DNA of 64,000 nt from Chryseobacterium gleum (lineage in GTDB: Bacteria > Bacteroidota > Bacteroidia > Flavobacteriales_F > PHOS-HE28). Below are positions 7,696 to 16,758 of the stretch, one piece after another. Under the pieces are notes generated by a model. It was not told the DNA's origin and ran no database searches. It saw only the letters and a program-made list of their open reading frames with translations. The stretch covers positions 56,085-120,084 of the forward strand of contig CAMCAZ010000001.1 in NCBI GenBank assembly GCA_945872795.1. The letters are read 5' to 3'. Numbering within the stretch: the stretch's first letter is position 1; the number at the start of each line of letters is the position of its first letter. A program made the position numbers and the translations under genes.

Positions 7696-8823
7696 TCAAC
7701 GCTCTTCAGATATGCCCACGAGCTCGCGCTCCATGGATCGATGGAACGCTTCCAACGTAAAATCCCGCACAAAGATGCGCCTCCCCTCCTCCCCCATCCG
7801 CCGGCGCAAGGAGGCGTCCATGGCCAAGGCCCGGAGCTTGCCGGCCACAGCTTGGGGGTCTCGGATCGGGACCAGGAATCCATTGACGCCATCGGCCACC
7901 ACCGAAGGAATGCCCCTCCACAGGGTGCTGACCACGGGTTTGGCGAACTGCATGGCCTCGACCAACACGAGCCCGAAGCTCTCCGCCTCGAAGTAGGACG
8001 GGAAGCAAAAGATGTCGCAGGCTGCGAAATGCCTGAATTTCTCCAGGTCCTGCTTGACACCCAGGAAGGAGACCCGATCGGCAAGCCCCTGCCGGACCAC
8101 ACGTTCCCTGCATTCCGTCTCGAAGGACGCATCGCCCCATTTACCCATCAGCTCCAGCCGGGCATCGACGCCCTGACCGCATAACAACGCGAAAGCATCC
8201 AACAGGTCACGGACACCTTTGGAAGGAATGAGCACACCGGTGAAGAGGATGACCAGGGGCTCCCCGGGCCGTGCGATCCGTTCCTCCACCCGGCCCCGCA
8301 TATCAGGAATTCCGTTGGGAACCACCACATCGCGCCGGGCACCCAGCACCCGTCCGTCCTCAGGGTTCTGTGGCGCTGTGCGTATCGCCAGTGCCGGACG
8401 CCCATAGGCATAGCGGAACAGCGGTCGCAACGGTGCAGGCAACTGTGCAGCGTAGGATGAAACACCACCGGCATGGAAGTGAAAGACCGTCTTCCTGAAC
8501 AACCAACGGGTGGAGCAGAGCAGGACGATATCGCGCAGCACAGGGACCTTGTTGGGCCCGCTGGGAGGATAGTAGAGCACCGGTGTGTTGTGCCGGAACC
8601 GGGCCCACCAGATGCGCAGGATGGTGGTGAAGAGCACCCAGACCTTGCGCAACGCGAATTTGCCCACGCTCTCCATATCCTCCGAAAAGGCCATGCGCAC
8701 ATGGAACAGGCGCACACGCTCAGACCTCAACTCCAGAAGCACGGCGATCATCACGGCCTGGCCTCCATGGGGCGGCGGCGTTTGACCGACCACCAGAATG
8801 CGATGAGGAGAAGTGATCTGCAC
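7696..8823 (-). CDS. glycosyltransferase family 4 (GT-B, Glycos_transf_1)
   Basis: 375 aa; C-terminal ...EAMQFAKPVVSTLWRGIPSVVADGVNGFLVP... matches the EX7E-type GT4 motif. GTG start. Confidence 0.85.
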   Translation of the reverse strand: MQITSPHRILVVGQTPPPHGGQAVMIAVLLELRSERVRLFHVRMAFSEDMESVGKFALRKVWVLFTTILRIWWARFRHNTPVLYYPPSGPNKVPVLRDIVLLCSTRWLFRKTVFHFHAGGVSSYAAQLPAPLRPLFRYAYGRPALAIRTAPQNPEDGRVLGARRDVVVPNGIPDMRGRVEERIARPGEPLVILFTGVLIPSKGVRDLLDAFALLCGQGVDARLELMGKWGDASFETECRERVVRQGLADRVSFLGVKQDLEKFRHFAACDIFCFPSYFEAESFGLVLVEAMQFAKPVVSTLWRGIPSVVADGVNGFLVPIRDPQAVAGKLRALAMDASLRRRMGEEGRRIFVRDFTLEAFHRSMERELVGISEER

Positions 8824-8991
8824 ACGGCAAAAGTATCCCGGCGATCAGGCGGGATGTGCGATGCCCAGCACACGCATCAACAGTGGAGCGTGCATCGTCT
8901 GCGCTGTGCGGCCGAAGTTCCGTCGACAAGATCGGTGCATTCGTCGTAAAAATGGAACCGTGGCAGCCAAGAGCGAGTTGAACCGCATCCA

Positions 8992-11736
8992 ATGCCATTG
9001 AAAATGAGCAGGAAACTACACGTGGGATTCGCAGTGCTTTTCACCTGGTCCACCATTTCGGCCCTTGCCACCACCTATTACATCTCTCCCACGGGCAGCG
9101 ATGCCAATAGTGGGACCTCACAGGCCCAGGCCTGGCAGACCATCGGTCGCCTGATGCAGAGCATCTATTCGCTGCAGGCCGGTGACGCCATCCGCTTTGA
9201 GCGCGGCGGCACCTACCGGGGCGAGTTCATCATTCCGAGCTCGGGCACCAGCAGCCAGAAGATCCAAGTGGGCGCCTATGGATCGGGACCACTGCCGGTG
9301 ATCAGTGGCAGTGATGCCGTGAGCGGCTGGACCCAGCAGAGCGGAAACATCTGGCGCTCCAACGTGGCGGGCACCGTGAAGTACGTATTCGTGAACGGTG
9401 AGCTGATGACCCTGGCCCGGTTCCCCAACACCGGTTGGTTGCGCAACGACCAAGGCAGTGGCACCCAGATACAGGACAGTGAGCTGACCCAGGCGAACGG
9501 GTATTGGAACGGAGCCACCGCAGTGATCCGCAGTTCGAACTGGAGCTACGACGCCGTCACGGTCTCCAACCATGCCAACGGCAGCATCACCTTCCCCAAC
9601 ATCTACTTCAACCTGTCCAACTACGAATGGGGATACTTCCTCTGCAACAAGCTCAGCGAGCTGGACAGCCCCGGTGAGTGGTTCCACGATGCGGCCAATG
9701 GCCACCTGTACCTCTGGGCACCGAACAATGCCGACCCGAACACGCTGAACGTGGAGGCCGCTGTGCGCGAAAAGGGTGTCACCGTCTTCTGGCAGCGGCA
9801 GCACGTGCAGATCAGCGACCTGGTCTTCCAGCACCAGCGGGTGTGTGGCGTGCGGAACGATGGTGCAGCATACGTGGACATCACCGGATGCACCTTCCGG
9901 GAGCTGTATCAGGGCATCAGCAGCTACGGAAACAACAATCTCTACACGAACAACCGCTTCGAGGACACCTTCGCCACCGGCGCGCACCTGATCGACAACA
10001 ATAGCACGTTCGAGGACAACACCATGGAGCGCATCGCCATGAAAGCAGGCCTGGGCGAGAGCAACTGGGGTTATTTCGGGCTGCGCCTGAACGGTACCGG
10101 CAATGTGATCCGCTCCAATCGACTGGAGGACATCGGGTACATCGGCATCGGTATGGACCAGAACTGCCTGGTGGAACGGAACGTGGTGCGCAACGCCACG
10201 GCCCTGCTGAACGATGGTGGGGGCATAGCCTTTGACAATGCAGATGGCATGATCATCCAGGACAACATCGTCGTGGACATCATCGGCGATCTGGAGAGCT
10301 CCGCACCGGACTTCGAGAACTACGAACTGATCTCGCATGGCATCTATTTCGGGAACACCACCATCCGCAACACCATCGTGCGGCGCAACACTGTGGCCCA
10401 CTGCATGGGAAGCGGCATCCATGTGGACCACACGATGGTCTCCACCGGGAACCAGATCACGGACAATGTGCTCTTCAACAACCAGATCCAGCTGAGCGTT
10501 TCGGACTATTCGAACTACAACGGACCGGGCGCCACACCACCCTACCATGTGCCGTCCTTCAACGGGACCTACACCGGGAACACCCTGTACTGCATGACGC
10601 GCGACCAGTTGTGCATGAAGCAGTACAACGTGCATTCACCGAACGTCGTCGACTTCGGGGTGTTCAACAACAACCGCTACTTCAACCCCTACAACGAGCT
10701 GAGCATCTTCGTGCACAACACGAACTCGGGGACGCAAAAGCGCTACACACTGGAGCAGTGGCGCACTGAACGGACGGAGGACCCCAACTCCACCCGGAGC
10801 CCACTGCGCCTGGAGGCCTTCGAAGTGCTGGACGAACTGAGCGCAAACCTCATCGACAACGGAACGTTCAGTTCGAACGTGGCCGGCTGGGGTGGCTGGC
10901 CCACCCAGGGTCAATTGACACGCGACGCCACCCTTCTCGACAACGGTGCCCTGAAGGTCCTGTTCAACAACAACGCATCGTACCCGGAATTCATCCTGCG
11001 GCACGATGCCATGACCGGCATCCAAAGCGGATCCCACTACCAACTGAGCTTCAGCACACAATCCACCATGCCGGGCACCTTGAAGGTGGAACTGAAAGGC
11101 CAGACCCAGATGTCCGGGCCCAACGTCGTGTACAAGAGGAACGTGCCCTTCAGCAGCGAGCGGCGCGAGGTTTCCATGATCTTCCAGAGCGACCTCACCG
11201 ACCAGGCCGTCTGCCGGTTCACCAACCACTACACCGAAAGCACCTACTGGCTGGACAATGTGGAGCTGAAGCGGGTGACCGTCCTTGCGCTGGACCCGCA
11301 CGACCGCCACATCCTGCTCATCAATGAGGAGGCCTCATCGCAGACCCTGTCGCTGACCGGTTGCTGGCGCGATGTGCATGGTACGATCCATAGCGGAAGC
11401 ATTGACCTTGCTGCGTACGGCTCGGTGGTGCTCACCAAGGAGGATGATGCGACATGCTCCATGACCACCGGCATCAACGATGTTGCGACCTCATCGTGGA
11501 GCGTGTTCCCCAACCCTGCCCAGGCCGGAGCGCACCTGAACCTCGGCCAACTGAACGGTGCATCGGCCATGGTCCGGATGTTTGACCTGAACGGCCGCCA
11601 GGTATTGGAGGAACGTATCCCCGCCGGTATGGATATCCTGCAACTTCCCGCATCCCTCGCCAGCGGCATGTACAACCTGGCCCTGGAGCGGAATGGCGAT
11701 GCAGTGCACAACACCCGTCTGATCGTGACCCAATAG
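8992..11736 (+). CDS. T9SS-secreted right-handed parallel beta-helix protein with a CBM4_9-like domain (candidate polysaccharide lyase/hydrolase)
   Basis: 914 aa; signal peptide; repeated PbH1-like turns (NNRFED..., DNIVVD..., GIYFGNTTIRNTIVRRN). Central NGTFSSNVAGWGGW... looks like a carbohydrate-binding module. The C-terminal ~80 aa (SVFPNPAQAGAHLNL...GMYNLALERNGDAVHNTRLIVTQ) is a type-A T9SS sorting domain. It is convergent to the surrounding polysaccharide operon. Confidence 0.75.
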   Translation: MPLKMSRKLHVGFAVLFTWSTISALATTYYISPTGSDANSGTSQAQAWQTIGRLMQSIYSLQAGDAIRFERGGTYRGEFIIPSSGTSSQKIQVGAYGSGPLPVISGSDAVSGWTQQSGNIWRSNVAGTVKYVFVNGELMTLARFPNTGWLRNDQGSGTQIQDSELTQANGYWNGATAVIRSSNWSYDAVTVSNHANGSITFPNIYFNLSNYEWGYFLCNKLSELDSPGEWFHDAANGHLYLWAPNNADPNTLNVEAAVREKGVTVFWQRQHVQISDLVFQHQRVCGVRNDGAAYVDITGCTFRELYQGISSYGNNNLYTNNRFEDTFATGAHLIDNNSTFEDNTMERIAMKAGLGESNWGYFGLRLNGTGNVIRSNRLEDIGYIGIGMDQNCLVERNVVRNATALLNDGGGIAFDNADGMIIQDNIVVDIIGDLESSAPDFENYELISHGIYFGNTTIRNTIVRRNTVAHCMGSGIHVDHTMVSTGNQITDNVLFNNQIQLSVSDYSNYNGPGATPPYHVPSFNGTYTGNTLYCMTRDQLCMKQYNVHSPNVVDFGVFNNNRYFNPYNELSIFVHNTNSGTQKRYTLEQWRTERTEDPNSTRSPLRLEAFEVLDELSANLIDNGTFSSNVAGWGGWPTQGQLTRDATLLDNGALKVLFNNNASYPEFILRHDAMTGIQSGSHYQLSFSTQSTMPGTLKVELKGQTQMSGPNVVYKRNVPFSSERREVSMIFQSDLTDQAVCRFTNHYTESTYWLDNVELKRVTVLALDPHDRHILLINEEASSQTLSLTGCWRDVHGTIHSGSIDLAAYGSVVLTKEDDATCSMTTGINDVATSSWSVFPNPAQAGAHLNLGQLNGASAMVRMFDLNGRQVLEERIPAGMDILQLPASLASGMYNLALERNGDAVHNTRLIVTQ

Positions 11737-11827
11737 ACCGTCACGTCCGCCTCAGCCCTTTGGTTGAGCCCACCATAAAGCACATCATCTCCGCGTTCAC
11801 GGCCGACAACTGTGCGCCGTCCGGTCT

Positions 11828-13126
11828 TCAGGAGAGGAATTCACCGCTCAACGCGCGCTTCCGGCGGGTGATGTACTTGGGGTCGATGGCCGCCATCGAG
11901 AGCATGGTGAAGAAGATGGGATTACCGAGGTCGATACCATAGCAGAAGATGTCGATCTGCCAGATGAACATCAGGTAGACGATACCCGCGAACAACGGCG
12001 CCTCGAGGGTGGTGGCCAGGTAGTGCTTGCGGTAGTAACTGAAGCCGTACCACACACACAGGTAGAACAGCACTAGTCCGATCACTCCCTGGTCCATGGT
12101 GATCTCCAGGAAGGAACTGTGCAGGTGAAAATTGAAGGAGTGCTCCTCCCCCCATAACACGGCCAGGAAGTCGAGCATACGCAGCTCGTACTGGCCCCTG
12201 TAACCCAGCCCGAAGAGCCAACCCGTCCGGTCGTGCATCGCCCAATCGGCCATCGAGTTCCAGATGTAGGTGCGACCGTTGAAGGTGGTGACATCCTCTT
12301 TATCCACCCGCTGCAGAATGGCCACGAAGAAGGGAAGTGAGAGGATCTGGTAGATGAGCAGCGCGAAGCTCATCATCAGGGGCATGGTGAAGAGGGAGAT
12401 GGTGTAGAGGCCCCGGATCACCTTCATGAACTTGAAGACGAACAGGGCCAGCAGCACCACGAAGATCATGAAGGACAGCCGGCTGTTGATGTTCATCATC
12501 ACCGCCATGTTCAACAGGAACAGTGCTCCCACGAGCAGGAACTGCAGCGGCTTGCGTGTGAAGTCGCGGAGGTAGAAGATGAGCATCAGGTTGACCACCG
12601 ACATGACGTGCGACGCGTCGTAGATGCCGCGCATGAACGGCAGGTTGATGCGTCCCTCAAAGCCATGGACCAGGTTGCGCAGGCCTGCAGCGTAACCCAC
12701 CAGGTTCAAGAGGATGAAGAAGGCGAGCCCCCTGAACAGCAACCAGGCAAAATCGAAGCGGTCATTGGCCCGATTGTAAACCTGCACCACCACCGCTGCA
12801 TTGAAGGGCACCAGGAACATGACGCTCATGGACGTGGTGTTCACCGGATTGAGGCCGGGGAAGTTCTTGCCGTAGGCCACCCACATGCTGGCGACCAGCG
12901 AGGTGATGAAGAGCATGCCCACGGCATAGACCCTGTTCACCATCGGGGTCACGCGACCCCGGTAAAGCAGGTCGATCCCGTAGATCAGCAGGATCAGGAT
13001 GAAGGGCAACACGGACAGGATGACGCCCGCACTGAAATTGGTCTTGAACGTCACATAGGTGCCCAGCCCGTAGAACGGGAAGCCGAGCAGGAACAGGGTG
13101 TTGACGAGCTTGATCTTGGAGATCAC
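11828..13126 (-). CDS. O-antigen polymerase/ligase-like (Wzy-type) polytopic membrane protein
   Basis: 432 aa with about 10-12 predicted TM helices and a periplasmic loop region typical of the Wzy_C / O-antigen ligase family. GTG start. Confidence 0.6.
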   Translation of the reverse strand: MISKIKLVNTLFLLGFPFYGLGTYVTFKTNFSAGVILSVLPFILILLIYGIDLLYRGRVTPMVNRVYAVGMLFITSLVASMWVAYGKNFPGLNPVNTTSMSVMFLVPFNAAVVVQVYNRANDRFDFAWLLFRGLAFFILLNLVGYAAGLRNLVHGFEGRINLPFMRGIYDASHVMSVVNLMLIFYLRDFTRKPLQFLLVGALFLLNMAVMMNINSRLSFMIFVVLLALFVFKFMKVIRGLYTISLFTMPLMMSFALLIYQILSLPFFVAILQRVDKEDVTTFNGRTYIWNSMADWAMHDRTGWLFGLGYRGQYELRMLDFLAVLWGEEHSFNFHLHSSFLEITMDQGVIGLVLFYLCVWYGFSYYRKHYLATTLEAPLFAGIVYLMFIWQIDIFCYGIDLGNPIFFTMLSMAAIDPKYITRRKRALSGEFLS

Positions 13127-13166
13127 CGGACCGGGCGCCTAGGAAAGCCGAGGGCCAAGTTAACCG

Positions 13167-14162
13167 CTAGTTGATGCCCAACTGTTTCTGGATCTTCGAG
13201 AAGAACGGGGTCACCGCCTCATCCACGGAGGAGGGCAGCAGGTTCTTGATGACGTTCTTGAACTTCCGGAACGAGGTGGGTTCGATGTAACGCTCGAAGT
13301 AGGCCATGTCCCGTTCCGCATCCACCAACATGTGCCAGGGGTGCACCAGAGGGAAGGCGGTCTCGTACAGATCGTCCTTGTTCCGGCGGTCCTTCTCGCT
13401 CACGGTGTGCGTTCCCTCGGCGCCGAAGCCGATGTTCCGGATCATGTTCGTGTTCGGAATGCACGTCACGCCGTGGTTCAGGATCCGCGCGAGGTCCATC
13501 TGATAGTCCCAAGAGCGGATGGTGCCCTCGTACTGGGCCTGGAACAACTTGTATGCCTCCTTCATCTCCGCCTTCGACAGGAACTGGCCTGTGAGCAGGC
13601 CGGAGTCACAGGCCGCAGGCCAGGCCTTCATCTGCACGTCGTACTTCTTCCACACCCTGCGCCAGCCGGCCCAGCCCCAATAGGCGCCGTAACCGTGTGC
13701 CGAGAAATAGTAGGAGTCCGGCCCCTTCACCGACCATTCGGTCATCAGGTTGTTGCCCATGATGCACCAAACACGATCGTCGTCGCGGTAGCGTTCCAGC
13801 AAGGCCTCACAGTACCAGAAGAAGCTCTGTGATGGATAGGTATCATCCTCCAGCACGATGCCCTCCTCCTCCTTCTCCCAGAACCAGTCCATGGCGGTGC
13901 TTTCGCCCATCATCACCCCCAGGTTCACATCACTGAACTTGGTGTGCAGTTCACACTCCCAATCCACCAGTTCCACCAGGGAACGCACCCGCTCGCAGCG
14001 CTGGCGCTCGCCTTCGTTCCGCGGTCCGTCGCAGGCGAAATAGAGCCGCGGTGGGCGTGCCTCGCGGATGGCCTCCATGACCTGGCGGGCGCTGTCGTAG
14101 CGATTGAATGCAATGAACAGGACCGGCGTACGGAGCGGAGCGGTCGGCGTAAAGGAGCTCAT
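13167..14162 (-). CDS. GT-A-fold nucleotide-diphospho-sugar transferase-like protein (HlpA-like family)
   Basis: N-terminus PVLFIAFNRYDSARQVMEAIREARPPRLYFACDGPR resembles a family I recall from Bacteroides capsule loci, annotated as glycosyltransferase or hemolytic protein HlpA-like. No TM segment. ATG at 14162. Confidence 0.45.
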   Translation of the reverse strand: MSSFTPTAPLRTPVLFIAFNRYDSARQVMEAIREARPPRLYFACDGPRNEGERQRCERVRSLVELVDWECELHTKFSDVNLGVMMGESTAMDWFWEKEEEGIVLEDDTYPSQSFFWYCEALLERYRDDDRVWCIMGNNLMTEWSVKGPDSYYFSAHGYGAYWGWAGWRRVWKKYDVQMKAWPAACDSGLLTGQFLSKAEMKEAYKLFQAQYEGTIRSWDYQMDLARILNHGVTCIPNTNMIRNIGFGAEGTHTVSEKDRRNKDDLYETAFPLVHPWHMLVDAERDMAYFERYIEPTSFRKFKNVIKNLLPSSVDEAVTPFFSKIQKQLGIN

Positions 14163-14167
14163 GACGA

Positions 14168-15421
14168 TCAGAAGATGTTCTCGCGGTTATCCCGATGATA
14201 GACCGCAAAATCCTTGAACATGGAAATGGTGTGTCGCGCGATGGTCGATGGAGAAACGAACTCATCCACGAAGCGGTAGAGGAACAGTTGCATGCGGTCG
14301 CTGTATCTAACGGAAACGTCCTGGACGATGTTACCATAACGATCATACGGCAGCACCTCGACACATCCGGCCGCATGGGCCGTGGGCAGCAACATGTTGC
14401 TGCCGTGCACACCGATCACGACCTGGCTCCGTGCATACGCCGCGCACCACGCCAGTTCGGTGGCCTTGTCCATGCGCTGTGTCCTCAGGTCATCCACATC
14501 GGGACCGAATCCACCTTTGTCACCAAGACCTACCACGGTGAAGCGGACACCGGGCAGCCGGGCGGAGATGCGGTCCATACTACCGCGGATGAGCCGATCC
14601 TGGGCATGGACATACCAGCGCCCCAGGCTCTTCTTAAGTCCGAACTTATTGAGGACCCGGTAGAGGAATTTAGCGGCCGGGGTGGCGAACCACAACCGAT
14701 CCTGGCGGGCTACGAAAGTGACGTGCGGCGGGCGCTGCAGGAACTCCTCCATCGGAAAAGGCCGCACTCCCGTGAAGCGCTCGATATCGATGTCCGCGAA
14801 CTCGGGGTGCGCGTACCCACGCCCCACGTACACCTCCTCGTAGTTGGGCAGTTGCTGCTGCACGAAGCGGTCGATGGCCGTATACCAGCCATGGGCCTCA
14901 CCCAATCGCTGATCCACCAACCATACTTCAGCCACCCCTTTGGGGACCAGCCATTGGAACATGCGGGGCAGCACGATCACCAACCCCAGATCCGGATGCT
15001 TGTCGATGTAATGCTGGGCGTTGTACAGCTTCAACAATACATGACCGTAGAGGAAATCCAGCGTATTGAGTATGACCACCCGCTCACAGGCGCGATGGAC
15101 GATCCGCTCCACCTTCACCTCCTGGTCCGAAGGCGCCCGATAGCCGTCCATGAGCGGCTTGTGGATCCATGCTTCTCCGTTCGTCGGGTTGTGCAACCTG
15201 CCATCGGCCGTGCCGATGGCCATGGGGTGGTCCACGGAAAAGCCCACGGGCAGATCACGCAGAAAGGCATACCCACATCCCTGGCAACGGTGGCGTCCCA
15301 ACACATGAACTCCCGGCCAGATGGAGCCTTGGTGATCCAACTCCCGTCCACCACACGAAGGGCAGCCGAAGTCGGCGAAGGGCTCCGGCAGAAGGGGAAC
15401 AAGATGGGGGTCCTTCACCAT
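14168..15421 (-). CDS. GT-B-like (GT9/heptosyltransferase-like motif) protein with N-terminal C4 zinc ribbon
   Basis: N-terminus CPSCGG...x17...CQGCGY is a zinc ribbon. The C-terminal region VVGLGDKGGFGPDVD...VVIGVHGSNMLLPTAHAAGCVEVLP resembles the GT9 GNDSGPMHLAAA motif. The ATG at 15421 immediately follows the Wzx stop (TGAccATG); the track start at 15553 would overlap wzx by 130 nt. Confidence 0.4.
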   Translation of the reverse strand: MVKDPHLVPLLPEPFADFGCPSCGGRELDHQGSIWPGVHVLGRHRCQGCGYAFLRDLPVGFSVDHPMAIGTADGRLHNPTNGEAWIHKPLMDGYRAPSDQEVKVERIVHRACERVVILNTLDFLYGHVLLKLYNAQHYIDKHPDLGLVIVLPRMFQWLVPKGVAEVWLVDQRLGEAHGWYTAIDRFVQQQLPNYEEVYVGRGYAHPEFADIDIERFTGVRPFPMEEFLQRPPHVTFVARQDRLWFATPAAKFLYRVLNKFGLKKSLGRWYVHAQDRLIRGSMDRISARLPGVRFTVVGLGDKGGFGPDVDDLRTQRMDKATELAWCAAYARSQVVIGVHGSNMLLPTAHAAGCVEVLPYDRYGNIVQDVSVRYSDRMQLFLYRFVDEFVSPSTIARHTISMFKDFAVYHRDNRENIF

Positions 15422-15423
15422 GG

Positions 15424-16743
15424 TCAAACGGCCCGATGGAACTTCCAGAACGAGATGATCCCTGTGCACATCCATTTCAGATTCGCGCGGGTGCTCTTGA
15501 ACAGCAGGTCCATCAGGAAGATGCTGATCGTGAACGAGCCGATGGTGGCCCATATCGCGCCGACCGACTTGAACGGAGGGATCAGCAAATAGTTCATCCC
15601 GATGTTGACCGCCGCACCCACGACCCCGGTGAGGAGCGAGTACTTGAACAGGCTCTCATTGGTGATGAAGCTGGACTTGCCCACACCCATGTTGGTGAAG
15701 AACAAGCGGATGGCGAACAGGGAAAGCAGGACACCGGACGGACGGAAGGCCTCACCGAAGAGGAGCACCATCAAGGGTTCAGCCAGGAAGTACAGGGGGA
15801 TGGCCGTGACCAGGAACATCAGGAACATCAGGCGGTACTGGTTCAACAGACGGTCCTCATACTGTCCGTTGCCGAGGGCCTTCGCCCGGGTGATGGCGGG
15901 GGCCAGGGACTTCTGCACGATGACCGGCAGGAACCCCAGTGCCTCGATCATTTTCAAGGCATTGGAGTACTGACCCACTTCGGCATTGGCCGCCTCGGCA
16001 CCCAGTCGCGTCCGTAGCATGTCGCCGATCATGACCTGATCGATCTTGGCCTGCACATATAGGGCCATGCCGAAGATGATCAAGGGCCAGGATTGCCGCA
16101 TCAGGTAACCAGCCTCCTTGCGATCATACTTCCAGGAGCGCCAGCTGTGGCCGCCCCGCTCGTAGGCGATCACATAACCGACGGAAAGCGTCAAGGTCTC
16201 CAGCACGTAGACCCAGGCGAACCAGAGCAGTGGTGCCCCGAAATAGACCAGACCGATCTTGAACAAGGCACTGACGACGACCTGCACCATCTGCACCACC
16301 ACCGTTTGCTTGGAGCGGACCTCGGCCATGAAATACCAATCCACCACACCGAAGGGTCGGAGGAGCTCCGCCGCCGCGATGACCACCACGAGGGAGGCGG
16401 TGAGGCCGTCCATGTCCTTGAAAAGACTGGACAAGAGCACAAGTATCACGAGCAGCAAGGACCCCAGGAACTTGATGACGGCCGCGGTTCCCAGCAGGGC
16501 ATCCCTTCGCTCCGGATGTTTCACCAGGTCGCGCACCACGATCTCATCGAGGCCCATGGTGGTGAGGGCGAAAAAGATGCCCACAAAGCCTGTGGCGTAG
16601 TTGAGCTGACCGAACAGGGAAGGCCCGAGGTAGCGCGCCACCAGGATGCCCGTACCCAGAACGACCACCAGACGTACGACCCGCTCGACCAGGAGCCACG
16701 AGGTATTGGCGAAATACCTGCGAAAGCCCTCCGATCGGATCAT
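15424..16743 (-). CDS. wzx: oligosaccharide flippase (MOP superfamily, Wzx-like polysaccharide biosynthesis protein)
   Basis: 439 aa, about 12 TM helices, N-terminal ...LLVERVVRLVVVLGTGILVARYLGP... is typical of Wzx/RfbX. ATG at 16743. Confidence 0.8.
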   Translation of the reverse strand: MIRSEGFRRYFANTSWLLVERVVRLVVVLGTGILVARYLGPSLFGQLNYATGFVGIFFALTTMGLDEIVVRDLVKHPERRDALLGTAAVIKFLGSLLLVILVLLSSLFKDMDGLTASLVVVIAAAELLRPFGVVDWYFMAEVRSKQTVVVQMVQVVVSALFKIGLVYFGAPLLWFAWVYVLETLTLSVGYVIAYERGGHSWRSWKYDRKEAGYLMRQSWPLIIFGMALYVQAKIDQVMIGDMLRTRLGAEAANAEVGQYSNALKMIEALGFLPVIVQKSLAPAITRAKALGNGQYEDRLLNQYRLMFLMFLVTAIPLYFLAEPLMVLLFGEAFRPSGVLLSLFAIRLFFTNMGVGKSSFITNESLFKYSLLTGVVGAAVNIGMNYLLIPPFKSVGAIWATIGSFTISIFLMDLLFKSTRANLKWMCTGIISFWKFHRAV

Positions 16744-16758
16744 GGATGGATCGGTGGA

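Noticed and set aside
9118-11310. Long minus-strand ORFs (505 aa and 224 aa) inside the beta-helix gene; similar antisense ORFs at 20928..22472 (opposite proS), 4479..5492, 30189..31679, 32731..34200, 42289..44067, 49876..50988 and 55276..56448
   Set aside because: They lie antisense to genes with strong motif-level support. Their translations are dominated by V/G/A/H/D/R with no recognisable features, as expected from the absence of stop codons on the reverse strand of GC-rich codon-biased genes.
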